Source: Dehalococcoidia bacterium
GTDB lineage: Bacteria; Chloroflexota; Dehalococcoidia; Bin125
Assembly: GCA_022824765.1 (NCBI GenBank)
Contig: JAJDZG010000161.1
Location: forward strand, 1 to 56,002
Length of the DNA stretch: 56,002 nt
Direction of reading: 5' to 3'
The translations under genes and the position numbers were made by a program. Position 1 is the stretch's first letter; the number at the start of each line of letters is the position of its first letter. Shown here one piece after another: positions 52,250-56,002 of this stretch. The notes under the pieces were generated by a model, which ran no database searches, was not told the origin of the DNA, and saw only the letters and a list, made by a program, of their open reading frames with translations.

Positions 52250-52676
52250 GTATCTGTGCGAGGACTGCGCCGGCATCTTCGAGGTCGTGCGGCCGATCCG
52301 CGAAGCGCCGGAACCCCAGCCGTGTCCCGAGTGCGACGAGGAGTGCGAACGGGTTATGCCCTCGTCGTTCTCCGCGTTCATCATGCGCCAGGGCTACCCG
52401 CGGCGCATCCCCGACAAGGGCACCTACTGGCACCTCGGCCAGGAAGTCACGTATCTGCCCAAGCAGGCGCGACCCTACGAGCACCCGCAGGTGACCAAGA
52501 GGCGGGAGAAGGAGCCGCTCTCGTCGCAGGACTACACCGACCTCGTCGACAAGAAGATTCACGAGCGTCGCTTGGCGCGGGAGGATCGGCGCAAGGAGCG
52601 CGAACTGAAGCGCGACCGAATCGCCAAGAAAGCGCCCGAGCTCAAGCCGCAGCCGCTGCCCCAAAAGCGCGATTAG
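52236..52676 (+). CDS. FmdB-family zinc-ribbon protein with long charged C-terminal tail
   Basis: GTG 52236 follows GAGAGGA. (M)PLYEYLCEDCAGIFEV ... CPECDEE is the CxxC_CxxC_SSSS ribbon. It overlaps the recO end by 14 nt. Confidence 0.75.
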   Translation: MPLYEYLCEDCAGIFEVVRPIREAPEPQPCPECDEECERVMPSSFSAFIMRQGYPRRIPDKGTYWHLGQEVTYLPKQARPYEHPQVTKRREKEPLSSQDYTDLVDKKIHERRLAREDRRKERELKRDRIAKKAPELKPQPLPQKRD

Positions 52677-52702
52677 GCCAGTCCAGGACGTCGCGCTACG
52701 GG

Positions 52703-53683
52703 TTAGAAGTCGCGCTGGGTGACGAACTCGGCGATGGCGGTCAGTTGCTCGCGGGGACCTGAGTCGGGCGCGCGGTTGAGCGCACCCAGTCCGCGCTCGC
52801 GCCAGTCATCCACCGTTTCCATACAGCGATCAACGATCGACGGCTGACGCGCCGCGTCGAGTGCCTGGTCGAGGCGGGCAGCGCGGTCATCGTCATCCTT
52901 CGCTTCGAGGAAGCGTTGGACCGGGTTGTCGCGCGGGCTGTCCTCCATCAGCACGATCGCGGGCAGCGTCAACGTGCCAGATGAGAGGTCGCCGCCGACC
53001 GGCTTGCCCAGCTGCTCCTCGCTGCCGCAGAAATCGAGGATGTCGTCGACGATTTGGAACGCCATACCGATCGAGCGCCCGTACTCGCGCAAGGAATCAA
53101 TCGTGTCGGCGTCGCAGGCCGACATCATGGCGCCGCCGGCCCCGGCCGTCGCAAAGAGCGAGGCGGTCTTGCCGTGAATGCGGCGGTAATAGTCGCGCAT
53201 CGTGCCTGAGTCGGCGTCGAAGGCTGAGACATCCTGCGCCAGCTCGCCCTTGGCCATCACCATCAGTGTGTCTGCGAAGAGTCGGATGACGCCGATGTGT
53301 CCCGTCCGAGCGACCAGCTCCGCTGCGTGCGCGAACATGTAGTCGCCCAGCATCACGGAGGCCGGATTGCCGAAGGTGGCGTTGGCGGTGACCTGACCGC
53401 GCCGTGTGTCGGCAGAGTCGATCACGTCGTCGTGGACGAGCGTGGCGGTGTGCAGCAGCTCAATCGACGCGGCGAGCGGAATCTGCGCATCGGCGTCGTA
53501 ATCGCCGAAGCCGCCGCAGAGCAGCGAGATGGCCGGGCGCAGTCGTTTGCCGCCGCGCGACAGCACCTGATTCAGCATCGCTTCGAGCGGGAGAAAGTCG
53601 GACTGCGCGACCAGCGAGAGCGTGTCCTCGACCAAGGCCAGGTCATCGGCCACCGGGGCATAGATCGCATCGAGAGAGCGCAT
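52703..53683 (-). CDS. trans-polyprenyl diphosphate synthase (hepta/octaprenyl type)
   Basis: First and second Asp-rich motifs: LVHDDVID and FQIVDDILD. Confidence 0.9.
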   Translation of the reverse strand: MRSLDAIYAPVADDLALVEDTLSLVAQSDFLPLEAMLNQVLSRGGKRLRPAISLLCGGFGDYDADAQIPLAASIELLHTATLVHDDVIDSADTRRGQVTANATFGNPASVMLGDYMFAHAAELVARTGHIGVIRLFADTLMVMAKGELAQDVSAFDADSGTMRDYYRRIHGKTASLFATAGAGGAMMSACDADTIDSLREYGRSIGMAFQIVDDILDFCGSEEQLGKPVGGDLSSGTLTLPAIVLMEDSPRDNPVQRFLEAKDDDDRAARLDQALDAARQPSIVDRCMETVDDWRERGLGALNRAPDSGPREQLTAIAEFVTQRDF

Positions 53684-53732
53684 GGACGTAGCCTACTCGG
53701 GAACCCACACAGCGCATATCGGAGCCCGCCTC

Positions 53733-54698
53733 ATGCCGAAGGTCAATCTGACCCGAGCGAGATCAGTTCCAGTGTCGAAGGTCTGGGCCAGCGAACTCGA
53801 CTTCTCCCGTTGGCTGCACGAGCATCTCGATGTGTTGGGCGGGGCGATGGGCTGCGACCTCCAGTCGTACGGCCGCGAGATTCCAGTCGGTCGGTTCAAG
53901 GCCGACCTCGCGGCCGAGATGGATGGTCGTTACCTGGTGGCCATCGAGAACCAGCTGGACGACTCAGATCACAGCCATCTGGGGCAGAGCTTGACCTACG
54001 CGGCAGGGTTAGATGCCCAGCCGTTCATCTGGATCGCGCCGACATTTCGGAAGGAGCACCTGGTTGCGGTCGAGAGGCTGAACATCGGCATGGCTGGTAG
54101 TCTCGTTGCCTTCGCGGTCCAAATCGAAGTCGCTCAGATTGGAGCGTCGGAGTACGTGCCCAGATTTGAAATCCTCGCGAGTCCGGACAACTTTTTCCCG
54201 CACAGCGGGGAGAGGATCGACTATCGAGCACGGCGTGGCGATGGCTTCTTCCAGCGCCTCGTCGAAGAATCCGGGGACGACCAGATGTCGGGCGGTGGCA
54301 ACTCGCATCGCGAGTACATGGCAGGCTCCCCGTACGAGAACTGGGAGACAGGAATCTCGTACACGCTCGTCTTCATGGGCAAGGACAACATCGCTGGGAC
54401 GTCGGTCCACCTGTGGATTGAGACCAAGACCCGCGAATCGACTCTCGCGATCTTTGAGCATCTGAGGCGCCAACAGGCCGACATTCACAAGGAGATTGGG
54501 CACGAGTTGCGATGGGAGAACAGCGGGCCCGGCCTCAGCGAGGCTTGCGCGATTCGTTGGCGAACCAAGGAGGGCTCGATTGATGCGTCACCGATGGAGC
54601 TCGCGCGGACACGAGCCGGTATGCTCGACCGCTACCGAAAGCTCCGGGCTGCGCTCGACGAGCGGCTGCCTGCCGCCATCGCGGCGGCGAGCTTGTAG
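53733..54698 (+). CDS. PD-(D/E)XK nuclease-like N-terminal domain + DUF4268-type C-terminal domain protein
   Basis: ATG 53733 follows GGAGC. VGRFKADLAAEMDGRYLVAIENQLDDSDHSHLGQSLTYAAG resembles a D...E.Q nuclease core. The architecture was recognised from memory of DUF4268 proteins. Confidence 0.75.
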   Translation: MPKVNLTRARSVPVSKVWASELDFSRWLHEHLDVLGGAMGCDLQSYGREIPVGRFKADLAAEMDGRYLVAIENQLDDSDHSHLGQSLTYAAGLDAQPFIWIAPTFRKEHLVAVERLNIGMAGSLVAFAVQIEVAQIGASEYVPRFEILASPDNFFPHSGERIDYRARRGDGFFQRLVEESGDDQMSGGGNSHREYMAGSPYENWETGISYTLVFMGKDNIAGTSVHLWIETKTRESTLAIFEHLRRQQADIHKEIGHELRWENSGPGLSEACAIRWRTKEGSIDASPMELARTRAGMLDRYRKLRAALDERLPAAIAAASL

Positions 54699-54710
54699 AC
54701 AGGACTCCAC

Positions 54711-55655
54711 ATGACCGAACAACGTCACGAAGCGCCGGAGCAGGTCGATGTTCACAGCCTCTGGGCCACTGAAGCGCGCGACTTCACGCCTTGGTTGGCG
54801 GAGAATCTCGGCGTCCTCAACGATCTGCTGGGCCTCAAGCTGTGCTTACTGAAACGGGAGGCGGCAGTCGGCCCCTTCGTAGTCGATCTTGCCGTGATTG
54901 CGGATGGAGTCGGGCCGGCGGTGATTGAGAATCAACTCACCGAGTCTGACCACACGCATCTCGGCCAGCTGCTCACTTATGCCGGTGGATTTCGTGCCAA
55001 GGTCGCGATTTGGATCGCGCCGAGCTTCCGCACTGAGCATCTGAATGCCGTCGACTGGATCAATGCCCACAGCGATGGTGAGCCTGCGGTCTACGCGCTG
55101 CGAGTCAAAGTCTTGAGGGACCAGGGCGAGCTGAGACCGGAGTTCACAGTGCTTGCTGGGCCAGATGGTGTCGCCGACGGCGAGATCGAACCGGGCGAGT
55201 GGGCCATGAACAGGCTTGAGCTTGGGTTCCACCAGGATTTGATCGACCGATGCGTGACTGCGCCCGTCCATCCCAACGCCTCGCACTTGCTCTACTTCGA
55301 GACCGCAGCCAAAGACCCTGGCATTGGGTACAACGTTCGACTCTGGAGGAGCGATCAGACATCGGTCCACCTCTGGATCGGATCCAGCGATCGGGAGTTC
55401 AACCTCGCGATCTTCCAGTCGCTCAGGCGAGACCAAGCTGCGATCAACGCAGAAGTGGGATACGAGCTGAGCTGGGAGGAGAATCCACCAGGAGGAACGA
55501 GCTGCGCCATACGCTCCTATGCGGATGTCCCGCCAATTGACAGTCCAGAGGACATCGACGACCTGCGACGCGGCATGGTGGACCGATTCCTGGCACTGCG
55601 TGAGGCGCTCGACAAGCGGCTGCCTGCCGCCATCGCGGCGACGGGCGGCGTCTAA
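54711..55655 (+). CDS. paralog of 53733..54698 (nuclease-like + DUF4268-type)
   Basis: VGPFVVDLAVIADGVGPAVIENQLTESDHTHLGQLLTYAGG. Its C-terminus LDKRLPAAIAATGGV nearly matches LDERLPAAIAAASL of the upstream gene, including at the DNA level. Confidence 0.75.
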   Translation: MTEQRHEAPEQVDVHSLWATEARDFTPWLAENLGVLNDLLGLKLCLLKREAAVGPFVVDLAVIADGVGPAVIENQLTESDHTHLGQLLTYAGGFRAKVAIWIAPSFRTEHLNAVDWINAHSDGEPAVYALRVKVLRDQGELRPEFTVLAGPDGVADGEIEPGEWAMNRLELGFHQDLIDRCVTAPVHPNASHLLYFETAAKDPGIGYNVRLWRSDQTSVHLWIGSSDREFNLAIFQSLRRDQAAINAEVGYELSWEENPPGGTSCAIRSYADVPPIDSPEDIDDLRRGMVDRFLALREALDKRLPAAIAATGGV

Positions 55656-55690
55656 GCTATCAAGAGATCACTTCACAAGGAGAGATTTAC

Positions 55691-56002
55691 ATGGCTCGCA
55701 CCAATGCCGCCTCGGAGCAGGCGATCAAGTTCGCTGATGAACTGATTGTCGACCTTCGCAAGATCGAGCCGCTGGCGAGCCTTGGCTACTTCGAGAGCGG
55801 CGCATACGGCGTCTTGACCGGCGTCGATGGACTCTCGTACGGGAGCAATTGGGCTCTTCGGATGACCAATGGAGGCGGCACGGTTGTTCGGCTGTACATT
55901 TCCGATCCCGATGCTGAACGCTTGGCTCGCGCTTATGCGTCACTCTTGGGCCGCCGCGACGAGATCGAGTCGATTTTCGGAGAGAAGCTGCACTTTCGAC
56001 TC
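55691..56002 (+). CDS. DUF4268-like stand-alone protein, 3' end outside the window
   Basis: My own translation from ATG 55691, preceded by AAGGAGAG. VVRLYISDPDAERLARAYASLLGRRDEIESIFGEKLHF parallels VHLWIETKTRESTLAIFEHLRRQQADIHKEIGHELRW of the upstream genes. The ORF is open to the window end. Confidence 0.55.
   Translation, partial: MARTNAASEQAIKFADELIVDLRKIEPLASLGYFESGAYGVLTGVDGLSYGSNWALRMTNGGGTVVRLYISDPDAERLARAYASLLGRRDEIESIFGEKLHFRL

Noticed and set aside
1-56002. CRISPR arrays, rRNA genes, IS elements, integrases, prophage modules
   Set aside because: None seen. There are no regularly spaced direct repeats, no transposase- or integrase-like translations in the track, and no long non-coding stretches able to hold rRNA.

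Overview
High-GC bacterial chromosomal segment (composition judged by eye, not computed). It is densely coding on both strands, with many GTG starts and 4-nt GTGA stop-start overlaps. The gene content (cdaA-cdaR, comEA-comEC, several LLM/F420-type oxidoreductases, a Thermus/Chloroflexi-like NuoD) suggests Chloroflexota or a related Terrabacteria lineage, but that is a guess. I call about 65 protein-coding genes, 2 tRNAs (Ser-UGA, Leu-UAA) and one decayed DNA methyltransferase. I found no rRNA, CRISPR array, IS element or integrase.

Housekeeping blocks:
- serS
- comEA-comEC
- argF
- cdaA-cdaR-der-plsY-gpsA
- nuoA-C-D-H-J-K-x-L-M-N-ybeY
- dnaX-ybaB-recR-recO

Most interesting observations:
1. 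An in-frame UGA followed by a SECIS-like hairpin fuses two predicted ORFs into a candidate UGSC-motif selenoprotein (11932..12474). It heads a tightly coupled three-gene block with an unassignable Cys-rich 352-aa protein and a membrane-anchored serine protease. The protease carries a novel tandem repeat and an unknown C-terminal domain. The block lies next to a decayed methyltransferase in a compositionally atypical patch.
2. The nuo cluster lacks every Fe-S subunit gene (no nuoB, nuoI or nuoEFG) and has a DUF2007-like small ORF wedged between nuoK and nuoL.
3. A MoaD/ThiS-like ubiquitin-fold protein ending GG-SQ is translationally coupled to a cytoplasmic BNR/Asp-box propeller.
4. A tandem-fused family III CoA-transferase appears to have non-canonical residues at the catalytic Asp position in both halves.
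5. Three adjacent DUF4268-type genes, two with nuclease-like N-termini, sit at the right edge of the window.

All family assignments come from reading the translations by eye. No searches were run.
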